Positions 21,234-31,481 of a stretch of 64,000 bases of DNA are shown in pieces. How positions within the stretch are numbered: position 1 is the stretch's first letter; every line of letters begins with the position of its first letter. Origin of the DNA: Thermoplasmatales archaeon (GTDB lineage: Archaea > Thermoplasmatota > Thermoplasmata > Thermoplasmatales > Thermoplasmataceae); assembly GCA_027310185.1 (NCBI GenBank), contig DAIDBH010000018.1, positions 128,001 to 192,000 of the forward strand, written 5' to 3'. A program made the position numbers and the translations under genes. The notes below the pieces were generated by a model that made no database searches, had not been told where the DNA came from, and saw nothing but the letters and a program-made list of their open reading frames with translations.

Positions 21234-21523
21234 TCAGTCTCAGGATCAGGTACATTCCACTTCGCACCTTTTGTAACGTATCCCCATGTTTTCTTCTTTC
21301 CCCTATAGCCCGGCAATATGGTTCTTACCCTGTTTGCGACAGATTCAGTTGTTACATGTGTATACTGCTGTGTTGTAGAAAGTGACACATGACCCATATG
21401 GATTTGTACCATCCTTATGTCAAGTGGAATCGTTCCGCGATACCCTAAAAGAAGCATTGTGGCACACTTATGCCTTGCAGAGTGTGGATGGAACTTGGGT
21501 ACACCTGATTTGCTTAAATGAGA
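21215..21523 (-). pseudogene. C-terminal remnant of a tyrosine recombinase/integrase
   Basis: Open frame SHLSKSGVPKFHPHSARHKCATMLL...DIRMVQIHMGHVSLSTTQQYTH (HxxR, H, Y catalytic boxes); stop upstream at 21524-21526 and no N-terminal part. Confidence 0.88.
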
Positions 21524-21698
21524 TTAATCTTTGAAAAATGGCAAATTAGGCAAGTCCAAAGTAAAACTCAGGCAATGATATAAAATCCTAAAATCCGTGA
21601 TGAACCAGTTATTTTAACTTAATTTATTAAATTTGAATATTAATCTGAGGAAAAACGGTTACAGTAAATTATATAGTGCACGGAGCCAATCCTATATC

Positions 21699-23678
21699 AT
21701 GTTAGAAGATATGTTCAACCCTAATTCGATTGCCGTTGTTGGTGCATCGAATAACAGGGATAAGATTGGAAATATACTCGTGAGAAATATAAAAGCATCA
21801 TACAGGGGTAAACTTTATCCCATAAACCTTAAGGAATCTGAAATTGAAGGCCTAAAAGCTTATAGATCAGTTAAGGAAATAGGTTCGAAGGTTGATCTGG
21901 TGATAATTAGTGTTCCAAGAGAAGCTGTTGTAGATGTTATGGTGGAGGCGGGCGAAGCAGGAACGAGGGCTGCGGTGATAATAACCTCGGGGTTCAGGGA
22001 AGTTGATGAGAAAGGGAAGGAGCTTGAATTAAAGATAATGGAGGTGGCAAAAAAATATTCCATAAGGTTTCTCGGTCCAAACACAATGGGGTTCATCACG
22101 CCATCATTCAACGCCACCTTTGCATATGAAGATGTAAAGCAGGGTAACATAGCAATAGTTGCACAATCAGGTGGAATGGGTGCTTATATGCTTGACTGGG
22201 CAGAGAAAACAAAAACTGGGCTCAGCTATTTTGTAAGCCTTGGAAATCAGACGGATTTAAATGAAATAGATATTTTCCACTTTCTGGCTGATGACCTGGA
22301 TACAAAGGCTATCTTTTCCTATATAGAAGGTGTTGCAGACGGTGAAAGATTCCTTGCTGAGGTACCGGAAATCACAGCCAAAAAACATCTGGTATTTATA
22401 AAAGGTGGAACAGGAAAATATGGGGCCATGGCAGTTCAGACCCACACGGGAAGCATAGCCGGATCAATTGAATTATTCCGGGCTGCAGTGAAAACTGTTG
22501 GAGGAATACTTGTAAACAATCTTGATGATTTTCTCAACCTCATTACAATAATTCAGTCAGATGAGAAATTTTTAAGCGATATTCTTGTTGTGACTAACTC
22601 AGGAGGGCACGGAGTTTTAACTACAGATGAAATAGAACGTCAATCACTGAACCTGATAGATTTGACAGACAGCATGAAGGCTGACCTGAGAAAAATACTT
22701 CCAGACCAGAGTACTCCAAAGAACCCACTGGATCTTTCAGGGGACGCTAGTGGTGAAAGATTCATGAAGGCAATGAACCTGACAAAGGGTCTGGAATGCA
22801 CAAAGATCGTTCTCGTTCAGGAACTGGCAACAGTAAGTTGCGTAGAAGTTGCAAAGGTTCTTGTAAAATTCAAGGGCAGGAGAATAATAGGTGTTATGAT
22901 GGGAAAGGATGCAGAGTCTGCACTGAGGATTCTTTCATCTGCAGGAATACCCGGATACAGTTTTCCTGAAGATGCAGTAAAGGCAATAAAGCATATACTG
23001 GATGTTAGACCCCCGCTGAAGAAGATAAGAATATCCGAACCCGTTAAGGGCGCGCTGGATCTGGTTAAGGATAGAAGCACACTAAGCGATGAATTTTCCT
23101 TCAAGCTCATGGCATTGTATGGCATAAGAGTACCTGACTGGGGAATCGTTTCTTCCATTGAGGAGGCTAAGGACCTCTGCAAGAAAATAAGTTATCCAGT
23201 TGTCATGAAGGTTTCTTCTGATCAGCCAATTCACAAGACAGAGATCGGAGGAGTGATAATGAATGTTGAGGCAGGGAGCATGGAGTCATCATTCACCACA
23301 CTGATAAGTAAGACTGGAAAGGTAATGATTCAAAAACAGCTTACTGGTGTTGAGATTTTCCTTGGAGGCTTAAATGACCCATCATTTGGTCCATCCATTC
23401 TTACGGGACTTGGGGGGATATATGTTGAAGTGCTAAAAAGCATCAGCTATGGACTTGTTCCTGTATCAGAAAACGAGGCTCTTGAAATGATGTCAGATAG
23501 CAAGGTACTTTCGCTGCTTAATGCGAGAAAGAGAAATTACAATGTTGACGCAACGATCAGGGCTATAACAGGAATATCCAGGATGATTGAGGACCTTGGC
23601 ATAAAGGAGATGGATATAAATCCGTTAATCGTCACACAGGAAGATGCATATGCCGTTGATATCAGGATTGTGCTGTAA
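21699..23678 (+). CDS. acdAB: Acetate--CoA ligase (ADP-forming), fused alpha/beta
   Basis: SIAVVGAS, LGPNTMG, SLGN, THTGSIAG phospho-His, NPLDL, HKTEIGGV, EMDINPL. Confidence 0.92.
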   Translation: MLEDMFNPNSIAVVGASNNRDKIGNILVRNIKASYRGKLYPINLKESEIEGLKAYRSVKEIGSKVDLVIISVPREAVVDVMVEAGEAGTRAAVIITSGFREVDEKGKELELKIMEVAKKYSIRFLGPNTMGFITPSFNATFAYEDVKQGNIAIVAQSGGMGAYMLDWAEKTKTGLSYFVSLGNQTDLNEIDIFHFLADDLDTKAIFSYIEGVADGERFLAEVPEITAKKHLVFIKGGTGKYGAMAVQTHTGSIAGSIELFRAAVKTVGGILVNNLDDFLNLITIIQSDEKFLSDILVVTNSGGHGVLTTDEIERQSLNLIDLTDSMKADLRKILPDQSTPKNPLDLSGDASGERFMKAMNLTKGLECTKIVLVQELATVSCVEVAKVLVKFKGRRIIGVMMGKDAESALRILSSAGIPGYSFPEDAVKAIKHILDVRPPLKKIRISEPVKGALDLVKDRSTLSDEFSFKLMALYGIRVPDWGIVSSIEEAKDLCKKISYPVVMKVSSDQPIHKTEIGGVIMNVEAGSMESSFTTLISKTGKVMIQKQLTGVEIFLGGLNDPSFGPSILTGLGGIYVEVLKSISYGLVPVSENEALEMMSDSKVLSLLNARKRNYNVDATIRAITGISRMIEDLGIKEMDINPLIVTQEDAYAVDIRIVL

Positions 23679-23760
23679 TTACAAATAAACATCCTTCACA
23701 TGTTATGGGTGCTGGTTAGAACTTAAAAACTATAACAGTGCTGAATGTTATTATATATAA

Positions 23761-24441
23761 ATGAATACTATCATGATCATGTTCATTCCTGTAATGGAAA
23801 ATAACTTTGCTTGGAGGACACAGGATCCTGAGTATGACTGGGACATGGTAGGTCATTTATTGATAAAAAATGGAAGTATTCTATTGATCGACCCTCCATA
23901 TGTGCACGGTATTGAACAGGCAGTTACATTCATGGGAAAACCAGAGGCTATTATAATAACAACCGCTGACCATACCAGAGGATCGAGATATCTCTCATAT
24001 AAATTAAAGATTCCGCTATACGTTCCAGATCAGGGTGATTCAATTTCTGTCTCACCCGGTGAAATTTATAGAGAAAAGAAAATTGCTAATTATAAGCCCT
24101 ACAACGAAGGTCCTATATTCTGGCTAAATGCAAAGCGAGTTAAGGTATACCGGAAGAGGGAAGATAAAGTCCCATATAAAGATGAAATGATTCTTGCAGA
24201 TAATGATGGAAACATATTCACCGGGGATATCGCTATGGGATCTTCATCTTGTGAACTGTTAACCTGCAACGAAGGATTTACAGATGAGCCAGATGCCATG
24301 CTGGTTAAATCATCATTTGAATCATTGAAAAATGCCACAGAGGAACTCAATAAAAATAATCTGATTTCCTCTCATGGTACTGATATTGTTGGAAACCTGG
24401 ATGAGAAAATAAAGAAAAAAATGAGATTAATTTCAGATTAG
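23761..24441 (+). CDS. Metallo-beta-lactamase-fold protein with atypical metal motif
   Basis: ILLIDPP, IIITTADHTRG, FTGD, SSHG. Confidence 0.7.
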   Translation: MNTIMIMFIPVMENNFAWRTQDPEYDWDMVGHLLIKNGSILLIDPPYVHGIEQAVTFMGKPEAIIITTADHTRGSRYLSYKLKIPLYVPDQGDSISVSPGEIYREKKIANYKPYNEGPIFWLNAKRVKVYRKREDKVPYKDEMILADNDGNIFTGDIAMGSSSCELLTCNEGFTDEPDAMLVKSSFESLKNATEELNKNNLISSHGTDIVGNLDEKIKKKMRLISD

Positions 24442-24450
24442 TTGAAAAAA

Positions 24451-26229
24451 TTATTTCTCATAATTTTTAGAGAATACATACTGGATGAAGCTTGCTATAT
24501 ATGATACTTCATCAACAGTATCCTCCAGTCCTGAACCAAGATGACCTCCCTCCCCAATCATTAGATATGCCTCGTTTCCATAGGACTTGAGTTTTTCATA
24601 GAATTTCAATGCATGTGCCGGGTGAACCCTGTCATCTTCCATTCTTGAATATGTTAGGGAAGGAGGATATTTTCCCGGCTTCAACTGTTCATAGGAAGAG
24701 TATTTCCTAAGGAATTTTGCATCATTTTGATCATCAGGATTGCCATATTCACTTACCCAGTACTGTCCTGCCAGCAGCCTATGAAACCTCATGAGATCTA
24801 TTACTGGATTTCCGATAACCGCTCCATCAAGTTCTCCAGGAATCTTTGCAAGTGTATATGAGGAAAGCAGTCCCCCATTGCTAACTCCATAGCATATTAC
24901 GTGATATCTATCATTTCTCAATTTCCTTATTATTGCCTGGAAAGATTCATACACATTTATCTTCTTCTCTCTCATGCCAAATTTGTGCCACTCTTCTCCA
25001 TATTCTCCACCTCCAGGAAGATTACATATTGCAACATTAACATCATTGTCAAGGAGATAAGCAAATAAATTGTTGTATGAAGGCAAAAGAGATATGTTGA
25101 AGCCACCATAACCGTATACCAGAGTGTTTCTCGTATCACTACCTGCACTAAGGAAGAAATAATGAACTTTCTTTCCATTAACTTCCACGCAGCTTTCAGA
25201 GGCATTGAATTTTGAAACTTCATTTCTCTCCCTCAGTTCCATTTTCCCATTCTCAAAGGAATAGATTTCAAATGTTGTACCGAAATCTCCCATTACAAGA
25301 GTTGCCCTCACCTCATCTGAACTCAATGCAATCAGTCCCTTGTAAGTGTTTAGGGAAAACTCTCTTATTTTCTGGCCATCATTGCCATAAAGAACAGGCA
25401 CAGATTTAGCATCCCTCATATGAACAACAAGAAATCCCTCTTTCACTCTCACTGCATCCTCTACAGGTTCGTTTAGGCAGTATTCCTTTTCTCCCACTGT
25501 AATGATACCATTCCCCTCAAACCGCAAGGTATAAAGTGTGTCATCTTCATAATCAATAACCTTAACCTCATGATCATATTTTCTGAAGAGCTTCCACGAT
25601 GATGGATCATTTATCATGCCCATATATATGTCAGTTGAAATGTTATCGCTTGCCTGTATAATGACTGAGTCTCCGTATCTTTCTCCACTGAGTCCTCTTC
25701 CTGACTCAATACCCTTCCCGAAAACATATTTACCATCTAGAAAAATTCCGTTTGATGAATCTTTTGTATTTGAGATGCTTTCATCCCTTTTCTCCTTTAT
25801 AAGATAAAATTCATCATCTAAATATATTATATCATGTATAAATCCATCTTCTGTATATATCTGCCTATCTCTCGAAAATACACGTAGTGTTCCTTCATCT
25901 GAGCCAGAGGTTTCAAAAAGGGCAATCCTGTCACCATTTTTTTCAGGTTTTGTCCAGACTATAATCCCAGAAGTTGAATAGATTTCTTCTCCATTTACAA
26001 CAAGGTTGTTTTTACCATTCTCAACAGTGACAAAGTATTCGTCAGTTTTAGTAAGGTCAACGGACTTTATCTTTTTCTGATAAACAAATTTCTTCATCTC
26101 TGGTCTTATCTTCTCATATATACCTTTCACTTCCTTCTTGAAAATATCTGTTTGCCCCATTGCAAATTCTTTCACTTCCCTATTCATTACTTCAAAATTC
26201 AGTTCAGTCATAATGTCAATCATAAACAA
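24451..26229 (-). CDS. Prolyl oligopeptidase (S9A)
   Basis: YGYGGF, GGGEYGEEWH, GVSNGG nucleophile, DDRVHP, GGH. Confidence 0.92.
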   Translation of the reverse strand: MFMIDIMTELNFEVMNREVKEFAMGQTDIFKKEVKGIYEKIRPEMKKFVYQKKIKSVDLTKTDEYFVTVENGKNNLVVNGEEIYSTSGIIVWTKPEKNGDRIALFETSGSDEGTLRVFSRDRQIYTEDGFIHDIIYLDDEFYLIKEKRDESISNTKDSSNGIFLDGKYVFGKGIESGRGLSGERYGDSVIIQASDNISTDIYMGMINDPSSWKLFRKYDHEVKVIDYEDDTLYTLRFEGNGIITVGEKEYCLNEPVEDAVRVKEGFLVVHMRDAKSVPVLYGNDGQKIREFSLNTYKGLIALSSDEVRATLVMGDFGTTFEIYSFENGKMELRERNEVSKFNASESCVEVNGKKVHYFFLSAGSDTRNTLVYGYGGFNISLLPSYNNLFAYLLDNDVNVAICNLPGGGEYGEEWHKFGMREKKINVYESFQAIIRKLRNDRYHVICYGVSNGGLLSSYTLAKIPGELDGAVIGNPVIDLMRFHRLLAGQYWVSEYGNPDDQNDAKFLRKYSSYEQLKPGKYPPSLTYSRMEDDRVHPAHALKFYEKLKSYGNEAYLMIGEGGHLGSGLEDTVDEVSYIASFIQYVFSKNYEK

Positions 26230-26299
26230 ATCACGTATTTATAATGTTTTACAGGGTAGAAATGGCATGAAGCAATAAGTTCATGATTATTATAAATTA

Positions 26300-26707
26300 T
26301 CAGTGATAAAACTTGAGTTTGTATACAATATATATCTGGGGTATAAGTGAAAGGATTGCGGCAAATGCCAGTGGAAATTTGAAACCACATATGGTAAAGC
26401 AGGCAATCTGTATTATTAACCCGTATGTATCGTGCGTTCTGCCATTCTTGAACTGTTGAATCCATCCCTCCCTATCGACCGGTGATTTCCATTCATCATT
26501 GAAAAGATGGGAAACATAGTCCACAAGAACACCGAAGGCGGTGAAAGCACCGATTTCAGATATGATAAAGTAAAATAGAAATATTCTTGAGTAGAGTATT
26601 GCAACTGCGAAGAGTGCAAATGAAATTACAGCTAGATATGTTGCAGAGGTTTTGCCTTTCATGAACAGTTTTTCCCATTCCCTGAAGTTTATATTTTCAG
26701 TAACCAT
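26300..26707 (-). CDS. Hypothetical membrane protein
   Basis: Several hydrophobic segments. Confidence 0.6.
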   Translation of the reverse strand: MVTENINFREWEKLFMKGKTSATYLAVISFALFAVAILYSRIFLFYFIISEIGAFTAFGVLVDYVSHLFNDEWKSPVDREGWIQQFKNGRTHDTYGLIIQIACFTICGFKFPLAFAAILSLIPQIYIVYKLKFYH

Positions 26708-26814
26708 GATTCACAGATCGAATTCACATAACATTATGTTTAATTATATTTATTATCTGTTAAAATTGGTTTTTATAGGATATAGCTTTTATAGGATGTT
26801 TTGATTTAAAGCCC

Positions 26815-27207
26815 ATGGAAATATTCAAAAAAGAAAGAATTCTGGAAACTACAAAAAGTCTTGATGAGATCATAAAATCATTTACAGCTTACCTGATAAA
26901 TGACGGCTGGAAAGTACAGAGTAACGTACAGCAGGATAAGGCAATCCTTCAGGCCCAGAAATTTGGAATACTGAGGGGTCTCATAGCAGAGGATAGAGCA
27001 TTGACATTTGTGTTCACAGCTGAATCAGGCGGCCAGGTAAAGGTTAACGTTGGAGTCGGGAGACTGCTGGGAGATATAACTATTACAGCAATTGAGGTGA
27101 TTCTGCTGTCAGAAATATTCATCGTTATTGATATTCCTGAAATTGCATGGTCAGACCACGTAGAAAAGGAATTGCTGAATGAATTGCAAACAATAGCCAC
27201 TCAGTGA
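26815..27207 (+). CDS. Hypothetical protein
   Basis: 130-aa ORF with upstream TATA-like TTTTATA. Confidence 0.65.
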   Translation: MEIFKKERILETTKSLDEIIKSFTAYLINDGWKVQSNVQQDKAILQAQKFGILRGLIAEDRALTFVFTAESGGQVKVNVGVGRLLGDITITAIEVILLSEIFIVIDIPEIAWSDHVEKELLNELQTIATQ

Positions 27208-27394
27208 ATCTAATTTTTCATAATTTCAAGTTGATATAATATTTTTAAGTGAAATATAAGTATTTTTCAGAAATGCTATTCCGTGAACAGGACTTCTTTT
27301 TCAAATATTTTATGCTTCTATGAATGTCTGTCATGCAGTGCTCAGCCAAAAATTGCAGGATAAAAGTCATATATTTCATTCAGATTATTTGAAA

Positions 27395-27973
27395 ATGACT
27401 ATTTCTCCAAATTATGGCACATATCACCACACATCACCAGGGCAATCTGAGAACATTAGAAAAGAATAAAGGAAAGCATTCTATGAGATGTTTGAAATTA
27501 TGGACAGAACAGACACTGTCAATTGGATTTTAGATGCAGGATGCGGACTGGGATACCTGTGTGAAGTTTCCGCTTTCTTTTTCAAGAATGCCAAAGTAAC
27601 AGGAGTTGATCTTTTTGGCACATCCAGTCTACCGGAGGGAAATATGAAAAAGGCAATTGAAAACATGGAGGCAGTTGGATTGGAAAGTAGAGTAAACTTT
27701 TTCTGTTCTGATCTACGAAAACCTGTATTACCTAGGGACAGCATTGATCTTTGTGTATCCAGTCCTGTCTTTCATAATCTGGGCGGGGAAAGATTCAAAG
27801 CATATTCTAACATTTTTGAAATTTTAACGAAAAATTGGTATTTCATAGTAGGTGACTTTTTCATGAAAGGGAGCGATAGGGGGTTCCTGAAGGAATTGTT
27901 TTCCATAGTAAAGGTGAAGGAAAATATCAGGAATATGCCGGAACAGCATTCTATCCTGGTTCTTAGAAAATGA
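27395..27973 (+). pseudogene. Class I SAM-dependent methyltransferase with in-frame TAA near the N-terminus
   Basis: ILDAGCGLG motif I; ATG 27395 is in frame with the 27488 ORF but interrupted by TAA at 27467-27469. Confidence 0.65.
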
Positions 27974-28119
27974 TGAATAAGCGAAGTTTTTATGGCAGTA
28001 GGCCAGGTTGAATAACAAAAGACTGCAAAATACAGTTCTGACCTTAACTGAAATTGGAACGGACCGGTGGTTAAAAAGAAACTATAAAACTTTTATTTCT
28101 ATGTTCTCAATTACCTAAA

Positions 28120-28575
28120 ATGGAAGATACCGATTATGCTTCGTTTCTGGTTGAGGCTAAAACGAAGGGTTACTCATCAGGAGTTTCGTATCTGCCATGG
28201 GCAATCAAGGGCACAAAGGAGTTCACTTACGAAAAGGGAAGGATGAAATATATGGATATATACTCCGGTTCACTGTACTTTATCGGGCAAGAACTTATTA
28301 TTGAAGGCAATGTCCCCCAGTGGGGAATGGTATATTCAGGTGGCCTAATGGACGACAACTACGGAACTAAGGAGGTGTATGACTTCCTAAGGGATGCACT
28401 GAAAAGAGTTCCTGCGGACCTCCCATTAAGGGGAAAGGAATTCTTTTCCAACAGCAGGTTTGTATATAAGAATCTTACAGAAGGAGATCTTGGACACTTC
28501 CTCGGATACGAAACAATAGAGCACGGGGAAAATCTGGTGTACGAATTACACTATTCCGGCGGCTTCATAGAATAA
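28120..28575 (+). CDS. DUF5680-like protein
   Basis: FLVEAKTKGY, YMDIYSG, FIGQE, WGMVYSG, PLRG, YSGGFI pattern. Confidence 0.75.
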   Translation: MEDTDYASFLVEAKTKGYSSGVSYLPWAIKGTKEFTYEKGRMKYMDIYSGSLYFIGQELIIEGNVPQWGMVYSGGLMDDNYGTKEVYDFLRDALKRVPADLPLRGKEFFSNSRFVYKNLTEGDLGHFLGYETIEHGENLVYELHYSGGFIE

Positions 28576-28583
28576 GGAGAATG

Positions 28584-29021
28584 TCAGGATGATGTTATGA
28601 ACTCCAGAGAAAGGTTGCCTGCGTAATTGTGAGATGGCATTGTCACAATTACTGGTATGGTTCCACCTGGTCCTGTCAACTGGTAACTAGATTGTTCGAG
28701 CGCAGCAGTAAATCCTGAAGTCATTGATACTACCCCTGTTATATCAACAGTGGTGCTGATTCCATTATCCTTAAGCTGAATATCAAGAACCATTTTTTTT
28801 CCTGTAGAAAATGTATCCTTGCCATATGCATAGGAATATGTCTTGATTTTCTTATCCGAAAAACTTACACTTATACTCTGGATATTTACAGTTCCGCCAT
28901 TATAAAAACCAAGTACTGCAAGAATTGCGAAGGCAATGATAAAAACTACTATAACTGAACCAAAAACCTTCAACCCAAGCCTTCTTCTTATCCATGGTCT
29001 TTCTACTTCAAGCGGTTTCAT
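28584..29021 (-). CDS. Membrane-anchored hypothetical protein with beta-rich domain
   Basis: Basic N-terminus, single TM, Ser/Thr-rich beta-strand region. Confidence 0.65.
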   Translation of the reverse strand: MKPLEVERPWIRRRLGLKVFGSVIVVFIIAFAILAVLGFYNGGTVNIQSISVSFSDKKIKTYSYAYGKDTFSTGKKMVLDIQLKDNGISTTVDITGVVSMTSGFTAALEQSSYQLTGPGGTIPVIVTMPSHNYAGNLSLEFITSS

Positions 29022-29109
29022 TCCAAGCGAAAAGAAATTTGTTCTGGCTATTTACATTTTTGCAGTATTTTGATTTTCTTTTCTTACCGGTTTTGTTTCT
29101 CATCCAGAA

Positions 29110-29610
29110 TCATCTGAAGACATATGAAAAAAAATCCTTAGAAATCCCAGTTATCGTGGAATATGATCCCAAACCAAAGCTTTCAATTATGTTTCCCACT
29201 TCTGTCATAGTATTCTTCTTTACATTATCTTCAATATCCTTCCAGTAAGTGAACAGGGAATCCTCTTCACTGTTGTTATGATCCTGCAACAGTTTGAAGA
29301 AAAGTGGAACCCTTGTTTTCAGAATATCAAAATTCTCTTCATCTTTCCATTTTATTATATTGGAGGCAAGAGTCTCCAGTAATCTGTGATCTGCCATTAT
29401 CCTATCAACATTTCTTATCAGATCCATTTTCTCTCCATCATAAACATCCTTTATCACAGGAACAAAAACTCTTTCCTCAATTTCAATATGGCATTTCTTC
29501 AGATACTCAACAAAAACTTGAAAATCGCTGGATTCAGAATCAAACTTGAAATTGTTGCTAATGTGCCTGATAGCACTATGCTCAGTCATGAGAACTTCAA
29601 CAACATCCAT
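29110..29610 (-). CDS. Hemerythrin/HHE cation-binding domain protein
   Basis: LMTEH, HIEIEE..F.P, MADH, HNNSEE..LF repeated HHE motifs. Confidence 0.85.
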   Translation of the reverse strand: MDVVEVLMTEHSAIRHISNNFKFDSESSDFQVFVEYLKKCHIEIEERVFVPVIKDVYDGEKMDLIRNVDRIMADHRLLETLASNIIKWKDEENFDILKTRVPLFFKLLQDHNNSEEDSLFTYWKDIEDNVKKNTMTEVGNIIESFGLGSYSTITGISKDFFSYVFR

Positions 29611-29707
29611 GTGAATGGATCATACCTATCTATTCAAACGTTTGGAAACAAACTTTACTCTCTACAAGTTTTTGACAAGTTGAAATAGAAGTATGGCATG
29701 TAAATTC

Positions 29708-30682
29708 ATGAAGGCATATGTTATGGATAAATTTGGAATCGAGAATATTGAGATAAAGGAGGTTAAGGAACCATCTTCTACAAAAGGTTTCGTCAAGGTA
29801 AGTCCAGTAATGGCAGGAATTAACCCGCTGGATTATAACGTTATAGCAGGAAAGGTTCTGTATGGTATCCAGCCAATGCCACACATACCGGGTTCAGAGA
29901 TACTAGCCGTGGTGAAGGAGGATAACGGCAAATTCAAGAAAGGGGATCGTGTTGTTGTATACAACAGGATATATGATGGAACATGCGAATACTGCATATC
30001 CGGAAGAGAATACCTGTGCTCTAACGGGGGTATTTACGGGGTGGTTAGTAATGGTGGATTTGCAGAAACCCTTTTGATCAGGGAAGAAAATCTATTCCGG
30101 GTACCTGATATGATTTCAGATGAGGTTGCTGTTTCCTTTCCGATAGCAGCAATGACACCATATCATGCACTCAAGGAGGCAGGGGCAAGGGCAGGCCAGT
30201 CATTGATAGTATATGGTGCTTCAGGAAACACTGGCATATTTGCTATGCAGCTAGCAAACATTATGGGCATGAAAGTTTTTGCAGTATCCACAAAGGGTTA
30301 TCTTGATGAATACGGGGCCACAGAAACATTTCAGGCTGAAAAAATTCCAGAGAATTTCAAAGCAGATATAGTGATCAATCCACTGGGTGGCGAGCTGTTC
30401 TCAAAGTCTCTTGCCCATGTTCAGAAGAGGGGAAAGCTCATAACATTTGGAGTGCTGAACGGTCGGGAGACCACAATAGACATAGGCAGGATATATACAA
30501 ATGAATTGAGTATTATGGGATCAACAGGTGGAAGCAGGAAAGACATGAAGGAACTGATTGACCTGGCTTCAGAGAGAAAACTGAAGGTTAAAATAGATCG
30601 AATCTTTAAGCACGATGAACTTAAAGATGCACTGGTTTATTTTGGGAAACCAAGAGACGGAAGGGTATTGATCAGGTTTTAG
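29708..30682 (+). CDS. MDR-family (zinc alcohol dehydrogenase-like) oxidoreductase
   Basis: GINPLD, PHIPGSE, structural Zn DGTCEYCISGREYLC, YGASGNTG. Confidence 0.88.
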   Translation: MKAYVMDKFGIENIEIKEVKEPSSTKGFVKVSPVMAGINPLDYNVIAGKVLYGIQPMPHIPGSEILAVVKEDNGKFKKGDRVVVYNRIYDGTCEYCISGREYLCSNGGIYGVVSNGGFAETLLIREENLFRVPDMISDEVAVSFPIAAMTPYHALKEAGARAGQSLIVYGASGNTGIFAMQLANIMGMKVFAVSTKGYLDEYGATETFQAEKIPENFKADIVINPLGGELFSKSLAHVQKRGKLITFGVLNGRETTIDIGRIYTNELSIMGSTGGSRKDMKELIDLASERKLKVKIDRIFKHDELKDALVYFGKPRDGRVLIRF

Positions 30683-31328
30683 ATCTTGCAAGATTTTTAA
30701 GATTGGAAATATTCTTCCTGATATCTCCACCATAAATATATGAAGCGGAAACAAGTATGTCTGCTCCAGAATCAACTGCAATCTGGCCTGTATTATTATT
30801 GATGCCACCGTCTATTTCAATCTGGGTATCAAGGGAGTTTTCGTAGATATATTCCCTAGCTTCCCTAATCTTTTGTGTCATTCCATTTATGAAACCCTGT
30901 CCTGAAAATCCAGGATAAACAGTCATTATAAGAAGTATTTCCGCTTCACTCAAAAGGTCACTGACAGCAGAGAAAGGTGTGTCTGGATTGATTACTATCC
31001 CATAGCTTTTTCCCGCCTCTTTCACTTCCCTGAAACACTTTTTCAGGTTGACAGGCGACTCGTAATGAAACATAAGTATGTCAGCACCGGCTTTAGAGAA
31101 AACCTTCCAGTACTTATCAGGATTAGTCACCATCATATGTGCCTCGAGAGGAAGATCAGTGCACCTCCTTATGGCGGAAATCAAGTCCCCTCCCATTGTG
31201 AGATTTGGAACAAAATGGCCATCCATTATATCCAGATGAAACTGATCTGCACCAGAATCTACGCTTATTTCAATCTGATCCCTGAGAAGTTCCAGTCTGC
31301 ATGATATGACTGAAGGTGAAACTTTCAT
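30672..31328 (-). CDS. rpe: Ribulose-phosphate 3-epimerase
   Basis: HLDIMDGHFVPNLT, MTVYPGFSGQ, IEIDGGI. Confidence 0.95.
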   Translation of the reverse strand: MKVSPSVISCRLELLRDQIEISVDSGADQFHLDIMDGHFVPNLTMGGDLISAIRRCTDLPLEAHMMVTNPDKYWKVFSKAGADILMFHYESPVNLKKCFREVKEAGKSYGIVINPDTPFSAVSDLLSEAEILLIMTVYPGFSGQGFINGMTQKIREAREYIYENSLDTQIEIDGGINNNTGQIAVDSGADILVSASYIYGGDIRKNISNLKNLARSKT

Positions 31329-31481
31329 GTTTATTCCATATGTATTACACGTGATTTACTTTTCTAAAGTAAGTGACTTCCTGAATACTCCTGGTATATA
31401 AACAATGGAATCTGGACTGCATAAATATAAGCAATATTGATCATGGGATATATTTAAATACTGTGTAATAGATTGTTGATC

